Source: Escherichia coli 042 (lineage in GTDB: Bacteria; Pseudomonadota; Gammaproteobacteria; Enterobacterales; Enterobacteriaceae). From it: a DNA stretch of 64,000 nt. Shown one piece after another: positions 48,039-58,821 of this stretch; the first letter of the stretch is position 1; each line of letters starts with the position of its first letter. The stretch lies in the NCBI RefSeq assembly GCF_000027125.1, contig NC_017626.1; one strand, written 5' to 3'. The notes below the pieces were generated by a model, which made no database searches, was not told where the DNA came from, and saw only the letters and a program-made list of their open reading frames with translations. A program made the position numbers and the translations under genes.

Positions 48039-48272
48039 TCAATCTGGTCTGACCTGTTTTCTGAGCAATTCAGTAATGTCACTCTTTTCTTTGTTTGCTT
48101 CAGGCGAAACTCTTTTTTCTGAGCACAGTCTCCGGCGGCAGGCTTCAATGACCCAGGCTGAGAAATTCCCGGACCCTTTTTGAACAAGAGCGATGTTAAT
48201 TTGTTCAATCATTTGGTTAGGAAAGCGGATGTTGCGGGTTGTTGTTCTGCGGGTTCTGTTCTTCGTTGACAT
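48039..48272 (-). CDS. small basic DNA-binding-like protein (77 aa), YlcI/DUF3950-like
   Basis: Arg/Thr-rich N-terminus; position next to the DUF1398 gene as in DLP12. Confidence 0.55.
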   Translation of the reverse strand: MSTKNRTRRTTTRNIRFPNQMIEQINIALVQKGSGNFSAWVIEACRRRLCSEKRVSPEANKEKSDITELLRKQVRPD

Positions 48273-48439
48273 GAGGTTGCCCTGTATTCAGTGTCGCTGA
48301 TTTGTATTGTCTGAAGTTGTTTTTACGTTAGGTTGATGCAGATCAATTAATACGATACCTGCGTCATAATTGATTATTTGACGTGGTTTGATGGCCTCCA
48401 CGCACGTTGTGATATGTAGATGATAATCATTATCGCTTT

Positions 48440-48660
48440 ACGGGTCCTTTCCGGTGATCCGACAGGTTACGGGGCGGCGACCTCGCGGTTTTTCACTATT
48501 TATGAAAATTTTTCAGGGAAAATCGTGTCGGTACTTCTCGAATATAACTTTTTGTTTTTTTTAATATTACATCCGTAAAGGTCCGACATGAAAGTGTCCG
48601 AAAATGACTTTTTCTGGCGTTTTCATGTCGGGCCTTGTATTTGATAATGGGTTGTTTTCA
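48440..48660. other. cos: cos site (cosQ-cosN-cosB); cosN cohesive-end sequence gggcggcgacct at 48472-48483
   Basis: ggggcggcgacctcgcggtttttcactatttatgaaaatttttcaggg nearly identical to lambda cos as recalled; immediately upstream of Nu1. Confidence 0.8.
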
Positions 48661-49208
48661 TGAAGGTTAATAAAAAGAGGCTTGCCGAAATTTTCAACGT
48701 GGACCCGCGGACGATTGAACGCTGGCAGTCTCAGGGACTCCCTTGCGCCTCCAAAGGTAGTAAGGGCATTGAATCTGTATTTGATACTGCCATGGCAATT
48801 CAGTGGTATGCGCAGAGGGAAACTGATATCGAAAACGAAAAGCTCCGCAAAGAACTGGACGATTTGCGTGCGGCAGCGGAGTCAGATTTACAACCCGGCA
48901 CCATTGACTATGAACGCTACCGGCTCACAAAAGCGCAGGCAGATGCGCAGGAACTGAAAAATGCCCGTGAAGACGGAGTAGTGCTGGAAACTGAACTGTT
49001 TACCTTCATTCTGCAACGTGTGGCACAGGAGATTTCGGGGATACTTGTGCGTGTGCCGTTGACATTACAGCGTAAATATTCGGACATTTCACCATCACAC
49101 CTTGATGTGGTGAAAACTGAAATCGCGAAAGCCTCCAATGTTGCAGCTAAGGCCGGTGAAAACGTGGGCGGGTGGATCGATGATTTCAGACGCGCAGAAG
49201 GCAGCTAA
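48660..49208 (+). CDS. nu1: terminase small subunit Nu1 (182 aa)
   Basis: [12 protein letters not shown]... lambda Nu1-like with winged HTH. Confidence 0.9.
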   Translation: MKVNKKRLAEIFNVDPRTIERWQSQGLPCASKGSKGIESVFDTAMAIQWYAQRETDIENEKLRKELDDLRAAAESDLQPGTIDYERYRLTKAQADAQELKNAREDGVVLETELFTFILQRVAQEISGILVRVPLTLQRKYSDISPSHLDVVKTEIAKASNVAAKAGENVGGWIDDFRRAEGS

Positions 49209-51108
49209 TGCAGCCGGTGCGATAGCTACAGGGCTTTTATCTCTCATTATTCCTGTTCCACTGACGACAGTTCAGTGGGCCAATAAACATTATTACCTTC
49301 CTAAAGAGTCGTCTTATACCCCCGGGCGGTGGGAAACACTGCCGTTTCAGGTTGGCATCATGAACTGTATGGGCAACGATCTGATTCGCACGGTTAACCT
49401 GATTAAATCTGCCCGTGTTGGTTATACAAAGATGTTGCTGGGAGTGGAGGCTTATTTTATTGAGCATAAATCACGCAACAGCCTTCTTTTTCAGCCCACG
49501 GACTCAGCTGCTGAAGATTTTATGAAATCTCATGTTGAGCCAACGATAAGGGATGTTCCTGCATTGCTGGAGCTGGCTCCATGGTTCGGAAGAAAACACC
49601 GCGATAATACGCTCACCCTGAAGCGTTTTTCCTCCGGTGTGGGGTTCTGGTGTCTGGGTGGTGCGGCAGCAAAAAACTACCGTGAAAAATCCGTGGATGT
49701 GGTCTGTTATGACGAGCTTTCCTCGTTCGAACCGGATGTTGAAAAAGAGGGTTCGCCAACCCTGCTGGGGGATAAACGTATTGAGGGCTCTGTATGGCCA
49801 AAATCCATTCGCGGCTCGACGCCTAAAATCAAAGGCTCCTGCCAGATCGAAAAAGCCGCTAACGAGTCGGCACACTTCATGCGTTTTTATGTGCCCTGTC
49901 CGCACTGTGGGGAGGAGCAGTATCTGAAATTTGGCGATGATGCCTCGCCTTTCGGTCTTAAGTGGGAGAAGAATAAACCAGAAAGTGTTTTCTACCTTTG
50001 TGAGCATCATGGCTGTGTGATCCATCAGTCTGAGCTTGACCAGAGTAACGGGCGGTGGATCTGTGAAAACACGGGCATGTGGACCCGTGACGGCCTGATG
50101 TTTTTCAGCGCCCGGGGTGATGAAATTCCGCCGCCGCGTTCCATCACTTTCCATATCTGGACGGCGTACAGTCCGTTCACCACCTGGGTACAGATTGTCT
50201 ATGACTGGCTGGATGCACTGAAAGATCCCAACGGCCTGAAAACCTTTGTGAACACCACGCTGGGCGAGACCTGGGAAGAGGCCGTGGGCGAAAAACTCGA
50301 TCACCAGGTACTGATGGATAAGGTTGTGCGTTACACGGCGGCGGTGCCTGCCCGGGTGGTTTATCTGACGGCGGGCATTGACTCGCAGCGAAACCGTTTC
50401 GAGATGTATGTCTGGGGATGGGCTCCGGGAGAGGAAGCCTTTCTGGTGGATAAAATCATCATTATGGGGCGTCCCGATGAGGAAGAGACGCTGTTACGTT
50501 TGGATGCGGCGATCAACAAAAAATACCGCCATGCAGACGGAACCGAAATGACTATTTCCCGTGTCTGCTGGGACATCGGGGGGATCGATGGCGAAATCGT
50601 TTATCAGAGGTCAAAAAAACACGGTGTTTTCCGGGTGCTGCCGGTAAAAGGCGCATCTGTCTATGGCAAGCCGGTGATCACCATGCCAAAAACCCGCAAT
50701 CAGCGGGGCGTGTATCTGTGTGAAGTGGGGACGGACACCGCAAAAGAAATTCTCTATGCCCGTATGAAAGCCGATCCCACGCCTGTGGATGAAGCCACGT
50801 CGTATGCCATCCGTTTTCCTGATGATCCGGAGATTTTTTCGCAGACAGAGGCGCAGCAACTGGTCGCGGAAGAGCTTGTGGAGAAGTGGGAAAAAGGAAA
50901 GATGCGTCTGCTGTGGGATAACAAAAAGCGGCGTAACGAAGCGCTGGACTGCCTGGTGTATGCCTACGCGGCATTACGTGTGTCCGTGCAACGCTGGCAG
51001 CTTGATCTGGCTGTACTGGCAAAATCCCGGGAAGAAGAGACGACCCGGCCAACCCTTAAAGAACTGGCAGCGAAGCTGTCCGGAGGAGTGAATGGTTACA
51101 GTCGCTGA
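49180..51108 (+). CDS. A: terminase large subunit A (642 aa; internal ATG of listed ORF overlapping Nu1 end)
   Basis: lambda gpA-like ([12 protein letters not shown]...GRWETLPFQ..., ATPase and nuclease regions). Confidence 0.9.
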   Translation: MISDAQKAANAAGAIATGLLSLIIPVPLTTVQWANKHYYLPKESSYTPGRWETLPFQVGIMNCMGNDLIRTVNLIKSARVGYTKMLLGVEAYFIEHKSRNSLLFQPTDSAAEDFMKSHVEPTIRDVPALLELAPWFGRKHRDNTLTLKRFSSGVGFWCLGGAAAKNYREKSVDVVCYDELSSFEPDVEKEGSPTLLGDKRIEGSVWPKSIRGSTPKIKGSCQIEKAANESAHFMRFYVPCPHCGEEQYLKFGDDASPFGLKWEKNKPESVFYLCEHHGCVIHQSELDQSNGRWICENTGMWTRDGLMFFSARGDEIPPPRSITFHIWTAYSPFTTWVQIVYDWLDALKDPNGLKTFVNTTLGETWEEAVGEKLDHQVLMDKVVRYTAAVPARVVYLTAGIDSQRNRFEMYVWGWAPGEEAFLVDKIIIMGRPDEEETLLRLDAAINKKYRHADGTEMTISRVCWDIGGIDGEIVYQRSKKHGVFRVLPVKGASVYGKPVITMPKTRNQRGVYLCEVGTDTAKEILYARMKADPTPVDEATSYAIRFPDDPEIFSQTEAQQLVAEELVEKWEKGKMRLLWDNKKRRNEALDCLVYAYAALRVSVQRWQLDLAVLAKSREEETTRPTLKELAAKLSGGVNGYSR

Positions 51109-51298
51109 ACTGCAGGCGCTGCGTCAGGCGCGCCTTGATTTATTAACCGGTAAACGGGTGGTGTCTGTCCAGAAAGATGGTCGCAGAATTGAATATACGG
51201 CGGCTTCTCTGGATGAGCTTAACCGGGCGATCAATGATGCGGAGTCGGTACTGGGGACAACCCGGCGTCGCCGTCGTCCGCTGGGAGTGAGGTTATGA
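51092..51298 (+). CDS. W: head-tail joining protein W (68 aa)
   Basis: size and sequence lambda gpW-like; GGAGGAG Shine-Dalgarno. Confidence 0.85.
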   Translation: MVTVAELQALRQARLDLLTGKRVVSVQKDGRRIEYTAASLDELNRAINDAESVLGTTRRRRRPLGVRL

Positions 51299-52887
51299 AA
51301 CGAACGCCTGTCCTGATTGATGTGAACGGCGTTCCGCTTCGTGATAGTCTCAGCTACAACGGGGGCGGTGCAGGATTTGGCGGGCAAATGGCTGAGTGGT
51401 TGCCACCGGCGCAGAGTGCCGATGCGGCCCTGCTGCCCGCGTTGCGTCTGGGGAATGCCCGGGCAGATGATCTGGTGCGCAATAACGGAATAGCGGCTAA
51501 TGCGGTGGCTCTGCATAAGGATCACATTGTCGGGCATATGTTTCTGATCAGCTACCGTCCGAACTGGCGCTGGCTGGGGATGCGGGAGACCGCAGCAAAA
51601 AGCTTTGTCGATGAGGTGGAGGCGGCCTGGTCGGAATACGCCGAAGGGATGTTTGGCGAGATCGACGTGGAAGGAAAACGCACCTTCACGGAATTTATCC
51701 GTGAAGGTGTGGGCGTTCATGCGTTTAACGGCGAAATCTTTGTGCAGCCGGTCTGGGATACGGAAACCACGCAGTTATTCCGTACGCGTTTTAAAGCCGT
51801 GAGTCCGAAACGGGTGGACACGCCTGGACACGGTATGGGGAACCGTTTTCTGCGGGCCGGTGTGGAGGTCGATCGATATGGCCGTGCCGTCGCGTACCAT
51901 ATCTGTGAGGATGATTTTCCGTTCTCTGGTAGTGGACGATGGGAACGGATCCCGCGTGAACTTCCCACCGGGCGTCCGGCCATGCTGCATATTTTCGAGC
52001 CGGTGGAGGACGGGCAGACCCGTGGGGCTAATCAGTTTTACAGCGTCATGGAACGGCTGAAGATGCTCGATTCCCTGCAGGCAACACAGCTTCAGTCGGC
52101 CATAGTGAAGGCGATGTATGCAGCGACGATTGAAAGTGAACTTGATACCGAAAAGGCCTTTGAATATATCGCCGGCGCGCCACAGGAGCAGAAGGATAAT
52201 CCGCTTATTAATATTCTGGAGAAGTTCTCCAGCTGGTATGACACGAATAACGTGACACTGGGCGGTGTCAAAATTCCGCACCTTTTCCCTGGTGATGATC
52301 TGAAACTACAGACTGCGCAGGATTCAGACAATGGATTTTCTGCGCTTGAACAGGCGCTGCTGCGGTATATCGCCGCCGGTCTTGGCGTTTCCTACGAACA
52401 GTTGTCCCGTGATTACTCGAAGGTCAGTTACTCAAGTGCCCGCGCCTCCGCCAATGAGTCGTGGCGCTATTTTATGGGGCGGCGAAAATTTATTGCGGCC
52501 CGGCTGGCCACGCAGATGTTTTCCTGCTGGCTGGAAGAGGCACTTCTTCGGGGGATTATTCGTCCGCCACGGGCACGTTTTGATTTTTATCAGGCGCGAT
52601 CAGCCTGGTCACGGGCAGAGTGGATTGGTGCCGGAAGAATGGCCATTGACGGGCTCAAGGAAGTCCAGGAATCAGTGATGCGCATTGAGGCCGGACTGAG
52701 CACGTATGAGAAAGAGCTGGCGCTGATGGGCGAGGATTATCAGGACATTTTCCGCCAGCAGGTCAGGGAATCTGCTGAGCGGCAAAAAGCCGGACTCTCA
52801 CGTCCGGTGTGGATAGCGCAGGCGTATCAGCAGCAGATAGCGGAGAGTCGCAGGCCGGAAGAGGAGACAACACCACGTGAGACGTAA
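51295..52887 (+). CDS. B: portal protein B (530 aa)
   Basis: lambda gpB-like. Confidence 0.9.
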   Translation: MKRTPVLIDVNGVPLRDSLSYNGGGAGFGGQMAEWLPPAQSADAALLPALRLGNARADDLVRNNGIAANAVALHKDHIVGHMFLISYRPNWRWLGMRETAAKSFVDEVEAAWSEYAEGMFGEIDVEGKRTFTEFIREGVGVHAFNGEIFVQPVWDTETTQLFRTRFKAVSPKRVDTPGHGMGNRFLRAGVEVDRYGRAVAYHICEDDFPFSGSGRWERIPRELPTGRPAMLHIFEPVEDGQTRGANQFYSVMERLKMLDSLQATQLQSAIVKAMYAATIESELDTEKAFEYIAGAPQEQKDNPLINILEKFSSWYDTNNVTLGGVKIPHLFPGDDLKLQTAQDSDNGFSALEQALLRYIAAGLGVSYEQLSRDYSKVSYSSARASANESWRYFMGRRKFIAARLATQMFSCWLEEALLRGIIRPPRARFDFYQARSAWSRAEWIGAGRMAIDGLKEVQESVMRIEAGLSTYEKELALMGEDYQDIFRQQVRESAERQKAGLSRPVWIAQAYQQQIAESRRPEEETTPRET

Positions 52888-54382
52888 TCTTTCACACATT
52901 ATTGCCGCAGCATTCAATGAACCGCTGCTTCTGGAGCCCGCCTATGCGCGGGTTTTCTTTTGCGCGCTCGGGCGCGAGATGGGGGCAGCAAGTCTTTCGG
53001 TACCACAACAGCAGGTACAGCTTGATGCTCCCGGAATGCTGGCTGAAACGGACGAGTATATGGCCGGAGGTAAACGACCGGCCCGTGTTTACCGGGTGGT
53101 GAACGGTATTGCTGTACTGCCGGTGACCGGCACGCTGGTGCACCGGCTGGGTGGTATGCGGCCATTTTCCGGAATGACAGGCTATGACGGCATTGTCGCC
53201 TGTCTTCAGCAGGCAATGGCGGATAGCCAGGTGCGGGGCGTACTGCTGGACATTGACAGTCCGGGCGGGCAGGCCGCCGGCGCGTTTGACTGCGCTGACA
53301 TGATTTACCGCCTCCGTCAGCAGAAGCCGGTCTGGGCACTGTGCAATGACACGGCCTGTTCTGCAGCCATGCTGCTGGCGTCTGCCTGCTCCCGACGGCT
53401 GGTTACCCAGACATCCCGTATCGGCTCCATTGGCGTGATGATGAGCCATGTCAGCTATGCCGGTCATCTGGCGCAGGCCGGTGTGGATATCACGCTGATT
53501 TACTCAGGGGCGCACAAGGTGGATGGCAATCAGTTTGAAGCGTTGCCGGCAGAGGTTCGCCAGGACATGCAGCAGCGGATTGATGCGGCGCGCCGGATGT
53601 TTGCCGAAAAAGTGGCGATGTTTACCGGTCTGTCTGTTGATGCAGTCACGGGAACAGAGGCCGCCGTTTTTGAAGGTCAGTCCGGCATTGAGGCCGGGCT
53701 GGCGGATGAATTAATCAATGCGTCGGATGCCATCAGTGTGATGGCCACGGCGCTGAACAGTAATGTCAGAGGAGGCACTATGCCGCAATTAACTGCAACG
53801 GAAGCCGCCGTGCAGGAGAACCAGCGAGTGATGGGGATCCTGACATGCCAGGAAGCGAAAGGACGTGAACAGCTTGCCACGATGCTGGCAGGGCAACAGG
53901 GCATGAGCGTTGAACAGGCCCGGGCGATTCTGGCCGCGGCGGCACCGCAGCAGCCGGTGGCATCCGCGCAGAGTGAAGCCGATCGCATTATGGCGTGTGA
54001 AGAAGCGAACGGTCGTGAACAACTGGCGGCAACGCTGGCGGCGATGCCGGAGATGACGGTGGAAAAAGCCCGCCCGATCCTGGCGGCTGCACCACTGGCG
54101 GATGCCGGGCCCTCACTTCGTGATCAGATCATGGCCCTGGATGAGGCAAAAGGGGCAGAAGCGCAGGCTGAAAAACTGGCGGCCTGCCCGGGAATGACCG
54201 TGGAGAACGCCCGGGCTGTGCTGGCTGCGGGATCAGGTAAGGCCGAACCGGTCTCTGCATCCACAACCGCCCTGTTTGAACATTTCATGGCGAATCATTC
54301 ACCGGCAGCGGTGCGGGGTGGCGTGTCACAGACGTCAGCAGACGGTGATGCGGACGTGAAAATGCTCATGGCCATGCCATGA
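52877..54382 (+). CDS. C: head maturation protease / minor capsid protein C (S49 family), 501 aa, with triplicated C-terminal repeat
   Basis: lambda gpC-like (AFNEPLLLEPAYARVFFCAL...); GTG start. Confidence 0.88.
   Translation: MRRNLSHIIAAAFNEPLLLEPAYARVFFCALGREMGAASLSVPQQQVQLDAPGMLAETDEYMAGGKRPARVYRVVNGIAVLPVTGTLVHRLGGMRPFSGMTGYDGIVACLQQAMADSQVRGVLLDIDSPGGQAAGAFDCADMIYRLRQQKPVWALCNDTACSAAMLLASACSRRLVTQTSRIGSIGVMMSHVSYAGHLAQAGVDITLIYSGAHKVDGNQFEALPAEVRQDMQQRIDAARRMFAEKVAMFTGLSVDAVTGTEAAVFEGQSGIEAGLADELINASDAISVMATALNSNVRGGTMPQLTATEAAVQENQRVMGILTCQEAKGREQLATMLAGQQGMSVEQARAILAAAAPQQPVASAQSEADRIMACEEANGREQLAATLAAMPEMTVEKARPILAAAPLADAGPSLRDQIMALDEAKGAEAQAEKLAACPGMTVENARAVLAAGSGKAEPVSASTTALFEHFMANHSPAAVRGGVSQTSADGDADVKMLMAMP
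53780..54382 (+). CDS. nu3: Nu3-like scaffolding protein from in-frame internal start within C (200 aa)
   Basis: internal ATG preceded by GGAGG, same frame as C, as in lambda C/Nu3. Confidence 0.45.
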   Translation: MPQLTATEAAVQENQRVMGILTCQEAKGREQLATMLAGQQGMSVEQARAILAAAAPQQPVASAQSEADRIMACEEANGREQLAATLAAMPEMTVEKARPILAAAPLADAGPSLRDQIMALDEAKGAEAQAEKLAACPGMTVENARAVLAAGSGKAEPVSASTTALFEHFMANHSPAAVRGGVSQTSADGDADVKMLMAMP

Positions 54383-54418
54383 AGTCAGTGCTGACCATCA
54401 ATATGAGGTTTTAACAAA

Positions 54419-54766
54419 ATGGTGACGAAAACCATCACTGAACAGCGTGCGGAAGTACGTATTTTTGCCGGTAATGATCCGGCTCATACCGCCACAGGCA
54501 GCAGCGGGATTTCTTCTGCAACACCGGCTCTGACGCCCCTGATGCTGGATGAAGCCACCGGGAAACTGGTGGTCTGGGATGGACAGAAAGCCGGTAGTGC
54601 GGTTGGCATACTGGTACTGCCGCTTGAAGGCACAGAGACGGTGCTGACCTATTACAAGTCGGGGACCTTTGCGACGGAGGCAATCCGCTGGCCTGACAGT
54701 GTGGATGAACACAAAAAGGCAAATGCCTTTGCCGGCACAGCCCTGAGTCACGCGGCTCTGCCGTAA
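54419..54766 (+). CDS. D: head decoration protein D (115 aa)
   Basis: lambda gpD-like (...DPAHTAT...TPLMLD...WDG...AFAGTA...). Confidence 0.9.
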   Translation: MVTKTITEQRAEVRIFAGNDPAHTATGSSGISSATPALTPLMLDEATGKLVVWDGQKAGSAVGILVLPLEGTETVLTYYKSGTFATEAIRWPDSVDEHKKANAFAGTALSHAALP

Positions 54767-54823
54767 CACGTTATCAGGCCACCATGGTGGCCTGACTGAT
54801 TTCTGAATGAAAGGAACTGATTT

Positions 54824-55852
54824 ATGGGATTGTTTACGACCCGCCAGTTACTCGGTTATACCGAACAAAAAGTTAAATTCCGTGCGCTATTTCTGGAGCT
54901 GTTTTTCCGCCGTACGGTGAATTTCCACACCGAAGAGGTGATGCTGGACAAAATTACCGGAAAAACGCCGGTGGCGGCCTATGTCTCCCCGATCGTTGAA
55001 GGAAAAGTGCTGCGCCATCGTGGTGGTGAAACCCGCGTGTTGCGTCCGGGCTACGTCAAGCCGAAACACGAATTTAATTACCAGCAGGCGGTTGAGCGCC
55101 TTCCCGGTGAAGATCCGGCTCAGCTGAACGACCCGGCCTACCGTCGTCTGCGTATCATTACCGATAACCTCAAACAGGAAGAGCACGCTATTGTCCAGGT
55201 GGAAGAAATGCAGGCGGTGAATGCCGTGCTGTATGGCAAATACACCATGGAAGGGGAACAGTTTGACACGGTCGAGGTGGATTTCGGACGCTCTGAAGGA
55301 AATAACATTGAGCAGGCCGACGGTAAAAAATGGTCTGAGCAGGACCGTGATACGTTTGATCCGACGCATGATATTGACCTTTACTGCGATCAGGCCAGCG
55401 GTCTTGTGAATATTGCCATTATGGACGGTACGGTCTGGCGTCTGCTGAATGGCTTTAAGCTGTTCCGCGAAAAACTGGATACCCGTCGCGGCTCAAATTC
55501 ACAACTCGAAACGGCAGTGAAAGACCTGGGGGCGGTGGTGTCTTTCAAAGGGTATTACGGTGATCTGGCCATTGTGGTGGCGAAAACGTCTTATGTGGCA
55601 GACGACGGTACCGAAAAACGTTATCTGCCGGAGGGCACACTGGTCCTGGGGAATACGGCAGCAGAGGGCATTCGTTGCTATGGTGCCATTCAGGATGCGC
55701 AGGCGTTGTCCGAAGGTGTGGTGGCCTCTTCCCGTTATCCGAAACACTGGCTGACTGTGGGCGATCCGGCCCGTGAATTCACCATGACGCAGTCCGCACC
55801 GCTGATGGTGCTGCCGGATCCGGATGAGTTTGTGGTGGTGCAGGTGAAATAA
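54824..55852 (+). CDS. E: major capsid protein E (342 aa)
   Basis: lambda gpE-like (...YVSPIVEGKV...GYVKPKHE...TMTQSAPLMVLPDPDEF...). Confidence 0.92.
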   Translation: MGLFTTRQLLGYTEQKVKFRALFLELFFRRTVNFHTEEVMLDKITGKTPVAAYVSPIVEGKVLRHRGGETRVLRPGYVKPKHEFNYQQAVERLPGEDPAQLNDPAYRRLRIITDNLKQEEHAIVQVEEMQAVNAVLYGKYTMEGEQFDTVEVDFGRSEGNNIEQADGKKWSEQDRDTFDPTHDIDLYCDQASGLVNIAIMDGTVWRLLNGFKLFREKLDTRRGSNSQLETAVKDLGAVVSFKGYYGDLAIVVAKTSYVADDGTEKRYLPEGTLVLGNTAAEGIRCYGAIQDAQALSEGVVASSRYPKHWLTVGDPAREFTMTQSAPLMVLPDPDEFVVVQVK

Positions 55853-55857
55853 TCCGT

Positions 55858-55890
55858 GAGCGGGGGCGAAATGCCCCCGTGTCTTTTTTC
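55858..55890 (+). terminator. intrinsic terminator/attenuator after the major capsid gene
   Basis: cgggggc gaaat gcccccg followed by tgtctttttt. Confidence 0.55.
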
Positions 55891-55903
55891 ACAGGAGGCT
55901 GAG

Positions 55904-56287
55904 ATGGCAACAAAAGAAGAAAATCTGAATCGTCTTCGTCAACTGGCTGGCCTGCTGGGGCGCGAGGCGGATATGTCGGGGAGTGCTGCGGATATTGCTC
56001 AACGTGTGTCTGAGTGGGAAGAGGAGCTTGCTGTTTCCCCGGAGGGCATTATGCACTCTGATGAGAGCGGGGCTGATCAAAATCACACAGACGATGGTGA
56101 GCAGTTGAACAACACGGATGCTCCGGATGATGTTAAAGCCGTCCGGGTACGGAAGTGCCTGCAAGTAATGGGGTATTGCCCGGAGACAGGTCGTCCCGTT
56201 GAGCTGGCGTTACGGGGTATGCGTGTTCTGGTGCCATCATCACTGGCAACGGCCATGATACAGCACGGAACGGCTGAATATGCGTGA
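55904..56287 (+). CDS. DNA-packaging protein FI-like (127 aa)
   Basis: acidic protein in the FI position between E and FII; CAGGAGG Shine-Dalgarno. Confidence 0.55.
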   Translation: MATKEENLNRLRQLAGLLGREADMSGSAADIAQRVSEWEEELAVSPEGIMHSDESGADQNHTDDGEQLNNTDAPDDVKAVRVRKCLQVMGYCPETGRPVELALRGMRVLVPSSLATAMIQHGTAEYA

Positions 56288-56633
56288 TTTTCAGAATGCC
56301 TTTGATGCTGCCCTTGCCGGGGTGGACAGTACGATCGTTGAAGTGATGGGGATCCGTGCGCAGTTCACCTCCGGAGCACAACGTGGCGGCGAAGTTCAGG
56401 GGGTTTTTGACGATCCGGAGTCGCTGGGTTTTGCCGGTGGCGGGGTCCGTATTGAAGGAAGCAGCCCGTCATTATTTGTGCGGACGGATACGGTGCGTGC
56501 CGTGCGGCGTGGTGACACGCTGACCATTAACGGCGAGATGTTCTGGGTGGATCGTGTTTCTCCGGATGACGGGGGAAGCTGTTATCTCTGGCTCAACCGT
56601 GGGCAACCACCCGCTGTTAACCGGCGACGATAA
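56280..56633 (+). CDS. FII: head-tail connector FII (117 aa)
   Basis: lambda FII-like (...FWVDRVSPDDGGSC.LWL.RG.PPAVNRRR). Confidence 0.88.
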   Translation: MRDFQNAFDAALAGVDSTIVEVMGIRAQFTSGAQRGGEVQGVFDDPESLGFAGGGVRIEGSSPSLFVRTDTVRAVRRGDTLTINGEMFWVDRVSPDDGGSCYLWLNRGQPPAVNRRR

Positions 56634-56648
56634 ACGCAGGGTGAAATT

Positions 56649-57224
56649 ATGGCGATAAAAGGGCTTGATCAGGCGATTGATAATCTGAGCCGGGTTCGTA
56701 AAAACGCCATTCCGGCTGCTTCTGCAATGACCATTAACCGCGTGGCCACAACGGCGATTAATCAGTCTTCGTCACAGGTTGCCCGGGAAACCAGGGTGAG
56801 ACGGAAACTGGTAAAGGAACGGTCCAGACTGAAACGGGCGACGGTCAGAAATCCGAATGCCAGAATTATCGTTAACCGCGGTGATCTCCCTGTGATTAAG
56901 CTGGGGATCAGAATGCTGGGGCGTCGTCCGAACAGCATACTCAAAGCCGGTCAGCATCGTTATCAGCGGGCATTTATCCAGCGATTAAATAATGGGCGCT
57001 GGCATGTTATGCAACGTCTTCCCCAGGCCAGATATGAGGAGGGCAATGACGACAAGGGAAGGAAAAAGCGTAATCGCCTTCCCATTCAGGTGGTGAAAAT
57101 CCCGATGGCGGCCCCACTGAAACAGGCATTTGATGAGAATGTTGACCGTATCCGGCGTGAACGCCTGCCCGGAGAACTGGCATCCGCGCTGAAACAACAA
57201 CTGAGGATTGCGATAAAACGATGA
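56649..57224 (+). CDS. Z: minor tail protein Z (191 aa)
   Basis: lambda gpZ-like (MAIKGL.QA..NLSR...). Confidence 0.9.
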   Translation: MAIKGLDQAIDNLSRVRKNAIPAASAMTINRVATTAINQSSSQVARETRVRRKLVKERSRLKRATVRNPNARIIVNRGDLPVIKLGIRMLGRRPNSILKAGQHRYQRAFIQRLNNGRWHVMQRLPQARYEEGNDDKGRKKRNRLPIQVVKIPMAAPLKQAFDENVDRIRRERLPGELASALKQQLRIAIKR

Positions 57225-57616
57225 AACACACTGATATCCGTGCTGCAGTGCTGGATGTACTCGAGCAGCATGAACACGGGGCGACGCTGTTTGATGGTCG
57301 CCCCGTTGTTTTTGACGAAGAGGATTTTCCTGCGATCGCGGTTTATCTGACGGATGCAGAGTATACCGGTGAAGAGCTGGATGCAGATACCTGGCGGGCC
57401 ACACTGCATATTGAGGTGTTTTTACCGGCACAGGTACCGGATTCAGAGCTTGATCAGTGGATGGAAAGCCGGATTTATCCGGCGATGACTGCGATCCCGG
57501 CACTGGCAGGACTGATTACCACGATGGTTACGCAGGGCTATGAGTATCGTCGTGATGACGATATGGCGTTATGGAGCTCTGCGGATCTGACTTATTCCAT
57601 TACATACGAGATGTGA
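57221..57616 (+). CDS. U: tail terminator U (131 aa)
   Basis: lambda gpU-like, same length. Confidence 0.9.
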   Translation: MKHTDIRAAVLDVLEQHEHGATLFDGRPVVFDEEDFPAIAVYLTDAEYTGEELDADTWRATLHIEVFLPAQVPDSELDQWMESRIYPAMTAIPALAGLITTMVTQGYEYRRDDDMALWSSADLTYSITYEM

Positions 57617-57623
57617 GGACGAT

Positions 57624-58376
57624 ATGGCAACACCAAATCCCCTGGAGCCAGTAAAAGGTGCCGGTACCACTCTGTGGGTTTACAACGGCAAGGGTGATGC
57701 TTATGCAAACCCGTTGTCAGACGCTGACTGGCAGCGACTGGCTAAGGTGAAGGATCTGACGCCGGGCGAGATGACGGCAGAATCCTACGATGATAACTAC
57801 CTGGATGATGAAGACGCAGACTGGACCGCGACCGGGCAGGGGCAGAAATCTGCAGGTGATACCAGTTTTACGCTGGCCTGGAAACCGGGAGAGGAAGGTC
57901 AGAAAGGGCTTATAGGCTGGTTTGAAAGCGGCGATGTCCGGGCCTATAAAATCCGTTTTCCGAATGGCACGGTGGATGTGTTTCGTGGCTGGGTCAGCAG
58001 TATCGGTAAGGCCGTGACGGCGAAAGAAGTGATCACCCGCACGGTGAAAGTCACTAACGTGGGTAAACCTTCTGTAGCGGAAGAACGCAGCAAAATTACG
58101 CCGGTCAGTGCGATTAAGGTGACGCCGACATCCGGTACGGTGGCAAAAGGGAAAACAACCACCCTGACGGTTTCTTTTGAGCCGGAAAGTGCAACCGACA
58201 AGACGTTCAGAGCGGTTTCCGCCGATCCGTCGAAAGCCACCATTAGTGTGAAAGATATGACAATTACGGTAAACGGCATGGCGACAGGTAAGGTGCAGAT
58301 CCCTGTGGTGAGCGGAAATGGTCAGTTCGCCGCAGTGGCTGAAGTCACCGTTACTGAAGCGGGCGCTGCAGGGTAA
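57624..58376 (+). CDS. V: major tail protein V (250 aa) with C-terminal Ig-like domain
   Basis: lambda gpV-like. Confidence 0.9.
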   Translation: MATPNPLEPVKGAGTTLWVYNGKGDAYANPLSDADWQRLAKVKDLTPGEMTAESYDDNYLDDEDADWTATGQGQKSAGDTSFTLAWKPGEEGQKGLIGWFESGDVRAYKIRFPNGTVDVFRGWVSSIGKAVTAKEVITRTVKVTNVGKPSVAEERSKITPVSAIKVTPTSGTVAKGKTTTLTVSFEPESATDKTFRAVSADPSKATISVKDMTITVNGMATGKVQIPVVSGNGQFAAVAEVTVTEAGAAG

Positions 58377-58389
58377 ACGGAGGTAATAC

Positions 58390-58821
58390 ATGTTTCTGAA
58401 AACAGAACAATTTGAATATAACGGTGTGTCTGTCACGCTTTCCGAATTGTCTGCGCTGCAGCGTATCGAGCATCTTGCCCTCCTGAAACGGCGTGCAGAA
58501 CAGGCAGAATCCAGCGGCAACCTGCAGGTAAGCGTGGAAGATCTCGTCAGAACCGGCGCGTTTCTGGTGGCGATGTCCCTGTGGCATAACCATCCGCAGA
58601 AAACGGGGTCACCGTCAATGAATGAGGCCGTGATGAAGATAGAGCAGGAAGTGCTCACCACCTGGCCTGCCGATGCCATTGCCCGGGCGGAAGACGTGGT
58701 GTTGTGCCTGTCCGGGATGATCGAAGCTGTTCGTCCGGATACTGATATTACTGAAGTGGCGAAAAATAACACGCTGACTGATGATGATTTTTCTGCGGGA
58801 AAGTCTTCGACGGCGAGCTGA
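58390..58821 (+). CDS. G: tail assembly chaperone G (143 aa)
   Basis: lambda gpG-like (MFLKTE.FE.NGV.VTLSELSALQRIEHLAL.KR.AEQAES...). Confidence 0.9.
   Translation: MFLKTEQFEYNGVSVTLSELSALQRIEHLALLKRRAEQAESSGNLQVSVEDLVRTGAFLVAMSLWHNHPQKTGSPSMNEAVMKIEQEVLTTWPADAIARAEDVVLCLSGMIEAVRPDTDITEVAKNNTLTDDDFSAGKSSTAS
58797..58803 (+). other. programmed -1 ribosomal frameshift slippery heptamer G GGA AAG (G to G-T fusion)
   Basis: heptamer gggaaag in G zero frame near G 3' end; -1 frame continues into the T ORF. Confidence 0.7.

Noticed and set aside
49504-50304. 266-aa minus-strand ORF inside the terminase large subunit gene
   Set aside because: Antisense shadow ORF within a well-supported gene.
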